From Geosiphon pyriformis uo1 (taxonomy: Eukaryota > Fungi > Glomeromycota), in assembly GCA_016748015.1 (NCBI GenBank), contig JAAOMT010000577.1, forward strand, positions 186,001 through 250,000: 64,000 nucleotides of DNA, given 5' to 3'. A program made the translations under genes and the position numbers. A model generated the notes under the pieces. It saw only the letters and a program-made list of their open reading frames with translations, had not been told where the DNA came from and did not search any database. Positions 12,978 through 27,400 of the stretch are shown here, piece by piece. Every line of letters starts with the position of its first letter. Within the stretch, counting starts at the first letter, position 1.

Positions 12978-14659
12978 TCATTCCCGATTCTTTGCAGCCA
13001 TCATTGCAGCTATGGCTGTGTATAAAAGAGTTTATCAATACTATATAATCATATGATTCAAGGAAGATTTTTTGATTATAGATCTACGAGAAGCTTACCA
13101 GCACCAACTCCAGATCCGTCTCTCGCAAGACCAAGTGCAATCTTATCAGCGTTTGATCCAATTAATTCATCAAAAGTACCCCTTATGCGCTGCTCGAAAT
13201 GTGGGTAGAACTCAAACAAAGTTCCATCAATACCAATACTGCAACCACTTTCAACAGCCTTGCGATGTGTGATTACAGCAGCTAAACCAGTAGCCGCGAG
13301 TCTCGCAGCACGTATGCCAATGAGCTGGCATATCCTCTTAATTATTTGGCGGTCTGTTAAAGAGGACTCGTAAACATTTAGATCATTCTTCAAAATGGAA
13401 TTAGTGTTATCAAGATTCGGGGTGAGGTCGGCTTCAATTCTTGAAAGGTAAGCGGTTTCGAAACCCCATTGTTGATTTATTCGTTGGTATGTAATGTTAC
13501 TAAATTGAAAATGAATCTCTTTAAATAGTAAGTCACTGTCGATCAGGTGTATTATAACGTTACGGGCAATTTCTCCTAGGTACATGCCCGATATAAGCTT
13601 CTCAAATATCTGAGCACGTGGATTGATACTCTCCCTATCTAGCTTATTATCAAATAGAGTGATCGGAAGAACCTTACGCTGAAGAAAGACAAATAAGTTT
13701 ATGAGTATACATCAGGTCACAATAAAATAAACTTGGCTTTTATTACCTCATTATCAAATCCTCCCCACTCCATATTTACAATCATATCTTCAGAATTGAA
13801 ATGAAAATTGCCCAACTTTTTGATTGCCTTTACCTTCTCCACATAAGCACCGTTGGTACCAGTGCCAAGAATAACACCCATCAAGGCGTTTGGAATGATA
13901 TATGTATACGCCAATAGTGTCCCGACAGTATCATTCACTAATGCAGCAACTCTAACTGGAACATTTTTGCGATTGAGGGAGTCTTGCAATAGCTCTACTA
14001 CATCTTTTCCAACCGCCCCTGTTGCCGCAAAACCTTTGGTCCAATGTAACAGAGTACCTTTGTTGATGGCGGTCTGTTCCACTGGAAATGAAAAGGTGAA
14101 CCCAAGATCTAACTTGCCGTCGTTATGCTCATCTCCGAGATCAGTAAGGAAGCGATCAATGCTTTCCGCAATAAAATCAAAAAGTGCACGCGCTTCACCG
14201 GTTTTAAGTGATTCTAACACCTTATATTTTTGTTGCTTGATCTTTATTTCGGATCCACCCAAGAAAGTAATTTGACATACACGAAGATTCGTGCCCCCAA
14301 GATCCAAAGCAAGAAAGGTACCAATTTCTTTGCCAGTAGGCGTGCCAGGTACTGATTGAGAAAATTTTCCACATGAAAAATTAAGATAACATAGAAATTT
14401 GGTTTTCCATGGATCAAAACAATAGAAAGCTTGAAGCTTTTATTAATCATTATATTAGATTTAGCCATACTATACCATAACTGGGTATCATAGCCAAAGA
14501 GTTGCCGTGTTTTTCAAGCCCTTTATGCATCTCATTGATAAAATGTTGCTTTATATCATGAATTTTCTTGGTCGTCAACTCAAATTGTCGTGTAATATCC
14601 AATATCGCAGCTCTTTGTAACTCGTTTGCATCTTTGATATCAATTAAGTGAAATGACAT
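12978..14659 (-). CDS. HXK: Hexokinase/glucokinase, multi-exon
   Basis: Motifs 'LAMIPSY', 'FLALDLGGTNLRV', 'LGFTFSFPVEQ', 'WTKGF', 'VNDTVGT', 'ILGTGTNGAY', 'NMEWGGF', 'GMYLGEI', 'IGIDGT', 'DGSGVGAA'; ATG at 14659; last exon ends ...AKNRE* (TGA 12978-12980). Confidence 0.96.
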
Positions 14660-14847
14660 TACAAAATAATACGTGTAAATGGTTTGGGAAGAAAAGAAAT
14701 CATCTAATCGTTCCCACATAAATATGATTTATTTATTTATTGATTCATTGCTTCATTCACATTAGACCTGTCGGAAAAACCTTTAAGTTTTGACAAACGT
14801 AATAATTATAATCAGTATTAACTATATTTTTCAAATTTTAAAAAATA

Positions 14848-14955
14848 TGTCAAAAGGTCAAAATGTCAATAGTAAAAACTCTTGTCAATAATTAAAATTG
14901 TTAATAATAGTTACAATTATTATTAATAGTTAAAATTACTATCAATAGTCAAAAA
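14848..14955 (+). repeat. Degenerate ~19-bp tandem repeat (TGTCAATAGTCAAAATTAC-like, ~5 copies) at the edge of a TE block
   Basis: Recurrent gtcaatagt/gtcaataat/ttaatagtt/atcaatagtc units. Confidence 0.6.
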
Positions 14956-14959
14956 ACTT

Positions 14960-17450
14960 TATGCAAAAAATACATTAGAAATTTTACATTATATTTTAAT
15001 TTCATATTCAATGGGCAAATCATACTTTAACTTAATATTTAAAAAAACCACTTATTAACTTTGACTAAAGAACCAATAGATTCAATTAAAGATTTAACTA
15101 ATAAAGCCAACTTACCCACTTAAATTTCAAAAAAATCAATTTGAATTTAATTACAGAATTTACAACAACAATAAAAAAGAAGCCCAAAAACAACAGCCAA
15201 AGAAACAGCAGCTTTTATATATAACTTTATATTAATAAAACAGTTTTCAAAAACTTTAAAACTTATTACAGATTTTAATAAAAGCTTAAAAAAGTAAAGT
15301 AAAAACATCTTATAATTTAAAACAAAATAATTTAATTTTTAATATCTAAAACAGTATTAACAGCCAAAAGTTTCTTATTAATATATAATTATTTTTTAAA
15401 ATGCTAATTTTAACAATAATAATATTTAAATCAGTTTAAAAACCAAAAATAATAACAATATATTTTAACTATTAAGTAAAATTATAAAACTAGAAATAAA
15501 ACAATTATAATTATTTACTTAAAAAACTAATTTACTATATTAAAAGTAGTATAATTAAAATAAAATAATTAATTTGGCTTTAAAAAAAACAAATTTTAAT
15601 ACTCTTTTTTTAAACAAAAACTAATTAACAAATCAAAACAATATTTAAAGACATATGTAACTTAAAATATACAATATCATATTTTTATTGTTTAGCAAAT
15701 TTCAACTTAATATTAAAGACTTTGTCAAAAATATTCATAATATTTCTAATATTATAAAAAACAACAGTATTAAAAACAAAAATAGAAATAAACATTACAG
15801 AAATTTTGCAATTTTAATAATAATAAAATAATAATAATTTAACAAGTTTAATTTATAAAACAGCATCTATAAAAATTTAAAATATAAACTTTATACAAAA
15901 AAGCTTTATATTGTTTTTATTAACCAATTTTATATCAAAAACCATGTAAAAACTAAAATACAGTCTTAAAATACTTTATTTTGATTTTTACAGTTTTATT
16001 AAGCATTAAAATAAAGATTAATTACTTAAAAAACTTTTAATAATTAGTAAATATTTCTTTAACATTATTAAAACTAACAATATTTCCAAAAAACAGAGAA
16101 AAAAGAGTGATTTAGTTTCTATTTGATTAATTTAATTTTTGGAATCAGATAATTCAATAAGTTAATTAGTTGAAATTACATGTAAAAACATAATTTGTTT
16201 TGCTTTTAAAACCAGTAAAAATCGACCAAAATTCAATATATTAAACAATTCAGCCAAGTATTAATTAAAACCAGCTTTGACAGAAGTGTTATTATTGTTT
16301 TAAGGTTATATAATTTAAAAACTTAAAATTTTAAAAAATTAATTTATTTTTAATAAACTTAAATTTTTTTTTACAACTTTTAAAAGTAATAATTAATATA
16401 TAATTAAAAATTTCAACTAAAATAATAATATAATTAAATTAAAAAATTTTTATTTAAGAATAAAAATAACTGCATTCAAATTTAAAAATTTAAACATATA
16501 AAATAAAAATAATTAAAGCATAATAAAAAATAACAATTAAACATATTAAATTGGCCATTTGATTTTTCAGTTAGAAAATATTATTTTTAATTAAAAAAAT
16601 GTTTTTTATATTGTTAAAGTTATTAATAAAAAACTTAAAACAATAGAAATTAATATAAACTAATATTATTTAATTAACCAAAAAAACATAAAAGTATTGA
16701 CTTATAAAATAAATTGGTATAATATTTTTTGGATTAAACAATAATTTTAAAAAAAAATTGACTTTTGTCTTAATTTTACATAATATATAATAATTCGAAT
16801 TAGATTATAAAACAAAAAATATTTATATATTTAATTGTAAATTAGGTATAAATAATAAATTTTTAATAAAAAAACAAAAACAAACCAATAAAACTATATA
16901 ATAAAAAGACTTTTTTATTGTTTAATTATACTTAAATTCCAACTATAGATTTACTAGCTGTTAATTTAAGAACTGTTAAAAAGCCAGTCAATAAAAATCT
17001 GTTTTTTATTATAATATTAAATATATTTAATTGCTAAAACAAAATTTAGCTAATTTATAAAACAAGTTAAAAAATTAGTAAAACCATTTGCTATTATAAT
17101 GCCAATAATTACAAAAATTATTGAGTATATTTTAAATACACAATAAACAATATAAAGCAGAGAATTTTTTTAATATTGATATAAAATTAGACAAAATAAA
17201 AAATCATTGATTATATTAATAATAAAGATAAATTAAGACAATGGGTTTTTTTGATTTAATATTAAAGTTTTTTTATCAACAGTTGTTATATATAATAGTA
17301 AAAAGTAAACAATATAACAGAGCAATATAAGATTATAAAATAACATAAAAAATAAAAACAAATTTAAATTATAAATTAAGAATAAGTTTCAAAATATTAA
17401 GTTTATATTTTTGCAAAAACCAAAGAGTTTGGAATCATATATAATATTTA
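14960..17450 (+). mobile_element. Degenerate transposon relic (unclassified; possibly a second non-LTR family)
   Basis: Almost CpG-free AT-rich block; 16010-16140 aligns by eye with 30330-30450, so it is a dispersed repeat. Confidence 0.5.
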
Positions 17451-18449
17451 TATATAAAGGTTTAGTTTAAGAAAAAAAGAAGATGAGAAAGCTTTATTTT
17501 GGATAAAAACCAGGTTGGTCTAAAACTATGAAATTTTCCTTTCAAATTTGATTATAGCTCAAATTGTTAAAACACAAAAGGTAACAATATTTAAAAAATA
17601 GAAATCCCTTTTTTTATTGATAAAAAATATTCAAGAAATTTTACATTTGAGATTTATTAAATATTATGAAGGGTGAAGAGATTAAGATAATAATTCCTGT
17701 ATTGTACATTCTGAACTTAATTTAAGTTTTAAATAGTTGTATTTTTTAATCTTTAATGAATAGAGCCAATCAAAGTTAAACGTGAAAAATAGCTGTAGTA
17801 AAAAAGTAACCTTTCAAGTTGACCAATTAAATGAGAAAATATAAAGAAATAAAGATTGGTGGGTTGAAAAATTTACATAACCTTTCAACGCCAATCTACG
17901 TAAGCTCACGATATTTTAAAGGATCGATTTCCTTGAAATAAAATCTCATGTGATTTAATTTAGTTCTCAGAAATATTAAAGCCAGCATTAAAATTTTGTA
18001 AGTACATATTTGTATATTTTTGATTTGCCTACAGTGACTTTCCATTGATTATGATAAAGATTCTATCATTAAATACTTTTCGCTCGGCTAAAATTTTTTA
18101 ATATGAATCAGGTAAAGGTGTATAAAAACAATTTTTAATACAGGCTCTTAAAATCTTAGTTAAAGTGACATAAGGTTAGTTTAATATACCCCAAAGATTT
18201 CTTTGATAAAAAAATCATGTAATCTCAGTTTTATACTGTTACACGGGGAACTGAATTTTAAATGAAATTTTATTTTAACTTTTAAAAAAGCAACCATTGA
18301 AGTTGTTTAGATTTTCAGGTTCAAAGAACCTTTATCAATTTTTAAATTTTAAGCATATAAAATGGAAATATTTTCCAACTTTTCCTTACTCTTCTTTAAA
18401 AAAAGCTCAATCGCATTAAAACTCTTAAAAATTTTTCTAAACCTAATAA

Positions 18450-20244
18450 TAGCCTATCAAATTCCACTACAACGAGGTTATCACAGCTCAGCATTAATCG
18501 GTTCAAAACTTTTGATATTAGACGGATGGCAAATTAATTCAAAACTACAAGATATTTCATATTTAGAACTTTCTTCAAATTTCTCAACAAGTGATCCTGC
18601 CTATTTTACAACATCACTCAATTTTCCAAGTCAATATCAAGGATGGATGGCATCAACTGCTGTCCTAGCGCCTGATAACAATGGAAAAGGAAAAGGAAAA
18701 GGAAAAGGAAATGGAATGATTTATGTTTTCGGTGGGGTCTGTATTATGTTTTTTCTTTCTCTTTAAATTAGGAAGAAATGTTAAAAATTCAACCAAAAAA
18801 TTAAAATAAATCATAAGTTTTAATAGGTTCGAGAAGCAGCACAAGGTACTGTTTCCTCTTCTCTATCAACTCTCTACCAAATTGATACTTTAAACCCAGC
18901 GAAACCAAATGTTAAACTTCTCTCACTTCCAAACCCTCCAACCCCACTAATAGACTTGACTGGTGTAATTGATCAAGAAGGAAAAATATATTATTTTGGT
19001 GGACAAGATTGTAACATCACTGATAGTAAAATATATATTTTGACACAAGCGCTACGGGTTGGATCAATGTTTTAGCCTCTGCTGCTCCGATACCTTTTTG
19101 GGGCTATACTGCGACATTAGTAGATGGAGTATGGATTAACAATTAAACAGGAATTGAATTTAATAATTTATATGTTCATATGAATAAGGTTAAATTGGGA
19201 TTCTCTATCTTTTTCATGATTAGAAAACTTTTCAACTTTTGATACGAAAAACCACAAGTGAGAGATAGTGGTAGGTTTAAAAAGTTTTATTTATATAAAA
19301 TCTTATAACACACCACCGATAAACTTGGAAGTTTTCAAAGTATGCCACAGCTGAAAAATCTATTATTGGACGACGATCTCACTTAGCTATCCTAGATAGT
19401 CTTTAAACTTGGAATTGAGATTAAATTTTTATCAAAGATTAACTCCTTATTTTTAAAATTGAAAGAATTTGATGGAATAACAATATTGGTCTATGGTGGG
19501 ATCTTGGAAAAAGTGAAATTTTCAAGGTATCGATTTTATAAAGATATTAATTTATTGAAATGCAAACAGAATTTATTAAAAAGTTATTAAATAGTTTAAC
19601 ACCAGAAATTGCTGCTTTAGACATTCCTTCTTTAAGATGGACAAAACCACCAGTTGAAGATAAAGGGCCTGATCCTGTTCCTTGTAGTCATACTGGAATT
19701 TTGTATATAATTTTATGATTGTTGCTTTTGGTATGTTCCTTGCTTCTAATATCTATGCTTTTAAAGTTTTTTTTGAATATCTGATTATGATGATTCTCCT
19801 CATTTAAATAGAACCTCTTTTTTAATTAGGAGAAGTAAAAGACATAGAGAGTAATGAGATTCACATTCTCTATCTTCAAAACAAAAGTTACCGTTGGGTT
19901 AACTCATTAGCTCGGAAAATCTATCCAACGTCACACAATCAGCCGACCCTTTCTCCGTGACGGCAACCGCGACTCCCATTAAAGAGGTCTCAAATTCCAA
20001 AACTTTTCCAACTTCAGCTCTCATAGCCATTGCGTGTGCAATCACATTATTAGCTATTTTTATAGATTTTTTAAAATGGAAATTTTATAGAAAAAAAGTA
20101 TATTTATTTAATTGCACACGAGAAGATCATGGTAGATTTCCAGGCACACTTTTAATGAGGTGCAAGGGAATAGAGGGAGATTTTTTGGTTTTGAAATTCA
20201 GCGGGATAGGGAGCCCCACTAATATTGAACCTGTACTAATATAG
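18450..20244 (+). pseudogene. Kelch/galactose-oxidase beta-propeller + C-terminal TM protein, probable pseudogene
   Basis: Kelch motifs 'RGYHSSALIGSKLLILDG', 'MIYVFGG', 'GKIYYFGG', 'GYTATLV', 'ILVYGG', 'SHTGIL..MIVAFG', then an S/T stalk and TM 'ALIAIACAITLLAIFI'. Lesions: -1 frameshift ~19040, in-frame TGA at 19259-19261 (Trp position), -1 frameshift ~19707. 5' exon not located. Confidence 0.75.
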
Positions 20245-20830
20245 TTAGGGTTTTATAGTTTTATAATAAGATATATGGTTTTTATGATTCTTCAATGTAA
20301 AACATGTATTAATTCTGCCAAGATCCAAGTTGTTAGCCTTTAAATATCTAATCTAATTAAATACATTACCTTTTTATTTCCAAATATAAAAGGTTTTCTC
20401 ATAAAATACTCTTATTTTTTAGTTTTTATATATTTTATTTTATGCTTCTAATATGGTTCAAAAAAAAACTTAGTATGATTAATTTTTTTCTAAAAGATAG
20501 TTATTTTCACAGAAATCAAAAAAGAGAAGAAACAAAAATTTCCATCTTTTACTTTTTACATCGGAATCTATTTGGTGGGGTTCCAGTTCAAATAATTTGC
20601 ATTGGAAATTCATCGATTTTTTAAAGATTTTTAAAATATTTTTATGAGATAATTCAAATTTTTTTGATATATAAAGACAGAAAAGATAATAATAAATCTA
20701 TAGAGATCTCGCGTGATAATAGCATTACTATATACAGAATTCGGAAAATTTATTTTTGGTGTATTGCTATATCTTTTCCCAGTCGCCAGAAATAAAGTGT
20801 AAAACGATCAGTCCAACTTTTTGTGAAGTT

Positions 20831-22051
20831 TTACATCCCCAAATAAAATTCACGAAGATTACTTATCGCAATGGAATTTCCATTAGAAATTGCACGGCGA
20901 TACCATATTAATGCTTGATGAATATCTTGGCTTGTCCCAAGCCATCCACCAATTTGACGACAAACCGCAGTGTTCAATTGTGCCATCGAATCTCCTTGTA
21001 AAGCTGCATGTTGATACCAATAAAAGGCAAGTCGTGGATTCCTTGGTTGGGCTTCGTTCATGTATAGATATGCGAGTTGATTTTCGGATGGTATATTTCC
21101 TTGCGATATAGCTTTTTGCAACCAATAAATTGCTTCTTTTGTATTTTTCTCTATACCAATTCCTTTACATAAGAACAAAGCATATTGATGTTGTCCGGAT
21201 CGATGTCCTCTTTCAGCAGATCTTCGATAATATTCTGCGGCTAAGGTCTCATTTCGCTCTGTACCTATACCTTCTTCATAACAAATTCCAAGTCGCAGGA
21301 ATCCTGAAGAATCATTCCCTTCTGCCGAAAGTTTATACCAATTGAATGCCTTTAAGTCATCTTTTTTGGTTCCATGACCACACTCATAACACCCACCGAT
21401 CCATGCTTGCGCTGCAGCAACACCAGCTTTGGCCGATTTCTCAAACCAATAAAATGCTTTATTATAATCAAGTGGCAGTTCGATACCATAGTAATAAAGA
21501 CATCCAATCTGACATTGTACCTCACTATCACCCATTTCCGCAGCAATTTCATAAAATTTTACCGAGTTTTTCAAATTCACTTCCGTTCCAATTCCATAAA
21601 AGTAAAAAAAGCCCAATAAAGCTATGTATCTCGTTTCCTTTTGCGTTCCAACGAATTCAAATACTAATTCCGGATCAATATTATGTTCGTGAAGCCATGA
21701 ATTAATTTCTCTTGCCACCACTTTCTCTGCTCCTGATAGTATATTCATTTTCTTTATGATATCGATCAACGTATCGACTAGATTTTGCATCGAATGAAAT
21801 GATCTCTGGTCAACATCCCATTCTTTATGATTCATCGACAAATTTGTTGTCATTCCAGAAAATTCAGGACGAGGTGAAATAAGATCAGTGTAATTTGTTT
21901 CTTCGATGACGTCACTTATTAGCGGTTCAATCTCGCAAGCATGAAACGATGATGACAACGATGACGGGGTGAAGTATTTCTTTCGATATTTTGAAAATTT
22001 ACAAAAACATAGAATTGATAAAATTGATGCCATCTCACGATTTCCTTGCAT
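20831..22051 (-). CDS. Sel1-like repeat (SLR) protein, intronless
   Basis: About 7 SLR units, e.g. 'ALLGFFYFYGIGTEVNLKNSVKFYEIAAEMG', 'AQAWIGGCYECGHGTKKDDLKAFNWYKLSAEGN'; first ATG at 22051 (alternative 22033). Confidence 0.92.
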   Translation of the reverse strand: MQGNREMASILSILCFCKFSKYRKKYFTPSSLSSSFHACEIEPLISDVIEETNYTDLISPRPEFSGMTTNLSMNHKEWDVDQRSFHSMQNLVDTLIDIIKKMNILSGAEKVVAREINSWLHEHNIDPELVFEFVGTQKETRYIALLGFFYFYGIGTEVNLKNSVKFYEIAAEMGDSEVQCQIGCLYYYGIELPLDYNKAFYWFEKSAKAGVAAAQAWIGGCYECGHGTKKDDLKAFNWYKLSAEGNDSSGFLRLGICYEEGIGTERNETLAAEYYRRSAERGHRSGQHQYALFLCKGIGIEKNTKEAIYWLQKAISQGNIPSENQLAYLYMNEAQPRNPRLAFYWYQHAALQGDSMAQLNTAVCRQIGGWLGTSQDIHQALIWYRRAISNGNSIAISNLREFYLGM

Positions 22052-22749
22052 CAATTTGCGAAATAGTGAGAATCACTGATTATGTCTATTAAGGATGATC
22101 TTTCTTAGAAGGTCTCATTTTATCATTAACTTTTCAGTCATGTCGTAATGTAGACGTAATTGGTCAGTGTGAGAATTAGCAATGGTGGTAAGATTTTCAC
22201 CTAATTGTTGAAATCCGGTACATTTACTTTTCTGGAAAATTCACTCCGAGATGATGCGAAAACATGTTTTCGAAAAAATAAATTCAAATAAGACGGATAC
22301 TCCCAATGTCTGTTTTTTTGCACATTAGAAAATTTTTCAATAGTCAGTTTTAAATAATTAATTTCAGACTGAGGCTTAAGGCAAGAGTTGGAAAATTTAG
22401 TGCAATTTCTGGCTTTTCAATAATTTTTGACATTAAATGTTAATTTTATCTTTATATGAGTATATTTTATCTTTTAAACATATTCGAGTTAATTTAATAA
22501 TCTTTGATTTTCTTAACATAATTCTGCTCTTTCGGATGGCAATACCAAGCATTGGATTCTTGATGTGATCAAAAGATGCGCCAAAAGAAATATTACAAAG
22601 TGCAACAGTGGTAGACAATAAAACCAAATATAGATTTTTATTCATCTTGATAAATGTATTTTTGCTTTTGTTGTTCAAATTAAAAGTCTTTAAAGAATAC
22701 AAAACTGTTGTTTTTTAAAAAACCAAAAAAGAAATTTTCTTAAAAATAA

Positions 22750-23764
22750 GAAAGAAGCTGTTGCAGTTATTAATAAAAATAAACATTTTTTTCTCATTAT
22801 CAAAGAAATTGTTATTTTTATTAAAATGTCCTTTGGGTAAAAAAAATTTGATGTTAGTTTGATATTGTCAGTATTTAGAATAAAAATAACACTAAAGCTA
22901 TTTTTAATCAGAAAAAAAATGGTTTAATAATAATTAAAAGTTGTTTAAGTTTGTATTAAATAAAAAATATATTTTTATAATATTTTGTTTAATTGTTTTT
23001 ACTGTTAAAAAACTTTTAATTATAGACATAAAATTTATAAAAAAAATATATATATATATTATATCATCCTTATTAATTAATCTTAAGTCTAAACGTAATT
23101 TAATTGTTAAAATTACAAATTAATTTCAATAAAATTATTAGTTAATTAATACTAAAATTATAAATTGAAACTTTAAAAAAGTTTAATTGTTTTACAAATT
23201 TTAATGTATGTATTATTTAATTATTATAACAATATTTATAAACAAACAAAATATTAACTTGGCAAAACTCTTAATCTAATTTTTTAAAATAAAAAATTTG
23301 CTTTTTATATTTACAACAAATTTATTTTATTAATTAACAAAAAAAAATTTGTATTATTATAGTATTAATAAACTTAATTACAAATTTTACTAAGTGAATT
23401 AAATTTAATATTTGAATTTTTAACAAATTTAATCAAAATTTAAAGTTCTTGTTAAATATAACAAAAAAAACTCTACAAATTAAATATTTGTTTAAACATA
23501 AATAATCAAACCAATAAATTAGTTTGTATAATTTTTTGAATACAATTAATGGCTTAAAAACAAATTTTAATAAATTAAAAAACAGCTTTATAATTAAAGC
23601 CAAATAATTTAAATTTTAATATTTATAATAATATTAATTCTAAAGTTTTTATCAAACACAATTTTTTTTAAAATACTATTTATTAAAATAACAACATTGA
23701 AAAAATTTCTGAAATCTAAAATAGCAATAATGTATTTTTAACAACTATTAAATTTAAAGTCGGA
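22750..23764. mobile_element. Degenerate TE relic flanking the Gypsy element
   Basis: Very AT-rich, CpG-poor block with the same mutational texture as the identified relics; no motif recovered. Confidence 0.35.
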
Positions 23765-24448
23765 TGTAACACAATAATAAATAACAAGAGAGAACAGTAT
23801 TGTATTGTAATAATAATAATAAAAAGATAAATCAATTTTAATGAGCAAATTGAATTAGTAAGAATTCAATATATAAGATCAATTTTATAAATATTTCAGT
23901 TGCTATTTTTTTTTAAAGGATAACAAGAAAATTTAAAAGTAGAGAAATAGTTTGTACTGTTAACAAAAAATAATACACTGGTATAATTCTATGTCTTATG
24001 TTAACACTCTTAGAATTTAATATTAAGTATTAATTATACTTTTCAGTAAAAATTTATTTAATATATTTTACAAAATTAACAATTATACAAATCAAAAAAA
24101 AGAGAAAAAAATAGTAAAAAAAAATAAAAAAGTTAAGATTGCTGTGTTGATTTTTGCTTTAAATAAATTTTTACAGTTTTGGGAGGTTTTGCTTATATAT
24201 TTTTAAAAAAATTAATAATCAAATAAGTAATTACATTAATAATTTGATTAATAATTAAGTTAATAATCGAATCAATAACCAAGTCAATAAATAAGTTAAT
24301 GTTCAAGTTATTGATCAAGTTAATAATTAGATTAATAACTATTTTTAAAAATAAAGTAATTAATTAATGACATTAATAGTTAATATATGTAATTAATTAT
24401 AATTAAGTAAATAAGTAAGACTAAAAAGTAAAAGTTTCAATCATAATA
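23765..24448. repeat. LTR copy A (3' LTR of the minus-strand Gypsy), contains ~12-bp tandem repeats
   Basis: Starts TGTAACA; aligns along its length to 29431-30080 (e.g. ttagaatttaatattaagtattaatt; aaaaagtaaaagtttcaa). Confidence 0.8.
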
Positions 24449-27400
24449 TTATTTTTCCAAAAAAATTAAGCTTTAGCAAAATAATTTATCTAAAATAAGT
24501 TCTGGAATTTTTATTTTAAAGCTAATTAATTTGTTAAAATTTTTATTTAGCAAGATATATAAAAGCTATGACAATATTAATTTTTAATTCAAGAGACCAA
24601 ATTTTTGTATAAGTGTTTTGGCTTTTTTTGCAATAGTCAAAATTCGTAGAATATTTAAATATATAATGCTTGAAATTTTTGTCTGAATTTTGAAGTTGTT
24701 TTTTTTAAAAGCTTTATATTTTCTATTATAATATTTGAGTTTTTTTTTATATAACAATATTCTATTTATAAGCAAAACTTCTTTTATTGTTTTTTTAAAT
24801 ATATTGAAAAAAGAAAATATTTTGAAAATTATGTATTTAAATATATGCTTTTCTATTTTGCTGTTAATTTTTTGTTTTTTGTAACAGTTTTTCATGAGTT
24901 AATAATAAAATATACTTTCAATTATTATTTGTTTTCTAATAATCAGTAAAATATTTAAGTAATTTTTTTTTCAATATTTGTAAATTATAAAAAAAGTATT
25001 TTACACATTTTAATTAAAGAAATATTTTTTTATGTTAATTAAAAACATGTATGTTTTGAGATTAAAATAACTCTATTTATTATTGTTTTAATGTTTTACT
25101 AATAAATATTATAGTTATTATAACAATTAGTAACCAATTAGATCTTTTATAGTATTTTTTTATTTGTATATTATAAACAGATTAATTATTAAATATTGTT
25201 TTATACTGATTTTACAAGATATAAAATTTATTGTTTAGTATTTTGTTGATTATAAATGGTTTTTTCTAGCGACTTAAAAATTTGTTACCAAAAATATTGT
25301 CTTAATCTAAGTGGTATTCAAGAATTAAGTTACCAATATTTAAAGAAGAATATTTTTTTTTGTAAACAATTATTTATGTTTCTATCAAAAAATCTAAAAT
25401 TGTTTTTATAATTAAGTTTGGTTATTTTTTTAAAAATACAGTCTTAATATTGGTTTTAATAATAACATTATTATTCATCTGTAAAATAAGTAGAAAGTTT
25501 CATAATTAAATATATTATAATTTACTGTTTAATAAATAAAAAATATTGAAAACAATAGATTTGTTTTTTTATTGGTTTTTTTTTAATGTTTTTTAGAATA
25601 TTTAATTAAAACATTTTATTAATCTATTAATTTAGAGATAATAAGAAGAAAATTTGTGACGTATTTCAAGTTTTTCAAAAGTTTTTTTTACTAATAAGCT
25701 AAGAAAACTCTTTTTTTTTATTTGAAAATATTCCTCAAAAGTATTTATGTTTATATATAAATAAAATTGACAATTAAAATAATTGTTTAATCTAGTATTG
25801 TTCTTGCTTTTATTTATTTTGTTGAATAATCTGTAATTATTATTATTAAAAATCCAACAAAATTGATTCTAATTCTGTTAAAAAACTAATCAAATATTAG
25901 ATAAATGTTTTTTTAAATTAAGTTTATCTTTTTATTAACAAGTATTACAAGTTTTTATGTATTTTATTATATTTTTTTTTAAGATTAGTCAATAATATCT
26001 TGCTAAAATCTTTTGAATTGTTTTTGTTTTTTTAGAATGTTTTGCTAAGAAATTAATATATATATTATATCATAATTTTTTTCTTCAAATCAAATAATTT
26101 TTTGGAGTTAATTAAAATTTTTTTGGTTTCTTTAATATAATTAATTTTGGCAAATTAAATAAAAATTTAATTTTTTTAACAAATGTTCTCTTTATTGTTA
26201 ATTGTATTTTAATAGGTATTGTTTTTTATTTAAAAATTTAATAAGTATTGAATAGTTTTTTAAGTTTGTTTTTAATAATTAATTTAATTAATTGTTACTA
26301 ATTTGTTTTTTTACTAAATAATTAATCAAAATAAAATATTTGTATTTTGATTGTTCATTTTTTTATAATATTTAATGTTAAAATCATATTTGTTTAAATA
26401 TATTATTCAACAGAAAATTTTTTTGTAATCTAGTTTTCTTTTGTTTTTTAATTAAATTAAGATGTAATAATTAGTATAAATATTAAATTGTTTTTTAAAA
26501 ATTATTTATGTAGATTATATTATAATTAAACATTTTTTTAAAACAAAATAACACTAAAAAAAATATTAGAAGCATTATTATAAAAAATAAATAACTTGTT
26601 AAAATTAAATTGTTTTAATATAGACTTAGTAATCAGTTTTTTTTAAAAGTTTTAAATATTTTTTGCTAAGAAATATTTTAATACTAATAAAGAAATTTTT
26701 TATGAATTTTTAATAATAGAAGACTAATTTAAAAAAAATTAAAATTTTAATATATTCATTAATTATTAAAACTTTTGTACTTTTTTATTTTGGTTGGATT
26801 TAAAAAAATTCTATTTTTTATCACAAAATAATTTAAAAACTGAGTAAATTATTATTTAAAGAATAATTTAATTAGATTAAAGTTTAATATTTCTAAGAAA
26901 ATTAAAAACTTTTTGAAGATAATTTAAGTATTTATTCCAAGTTTTTAAATATAAAATTATATTATTAAGAATTAAGCTGATTGGTTCCTAATATTTGAAA
27001 AAACTCAAACATAATTTGTATTTGTTACTTAAAAAATAAAGAGAATAGTTGTATTAGCATTAGAAACAAGAACTATGTTATTAATATTTTTATTTTACTT
27101 TTTTTTTAGTTGTTATTTAAATATTCTTTTAAGCATATTATAATATAGCTAATAAATAAGTTTTCTATCAACTACTAAATTTTTGCAGTTGGCTTAAAAA
27201 TAGTAAAAACTAATTTGGCTTTTTTTTTCAAAGTTTTCGGAATTATTAAAATTATTATTGTTGTTGTTTTGCTGTTATTGTTGTTAATATTAAATTACTT
27301 TTAGAAATACTGTTTAATATTAATATTTAACTATAATAGATTTTGCTTTAATACAAATAGTGAATTTATAAAGTTTGCAATTAAAAAGAATTTTCGCTTT

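Noticed and set aside
13853-14275. 140-aa plus-strand ORF
   Set aside because: Antisense shadow of a hexokinase exon.
20890-21705. Several plus-strand and alternate-frame ORFs
   Set aside because: Shadows of the Sel1-repeat gene.
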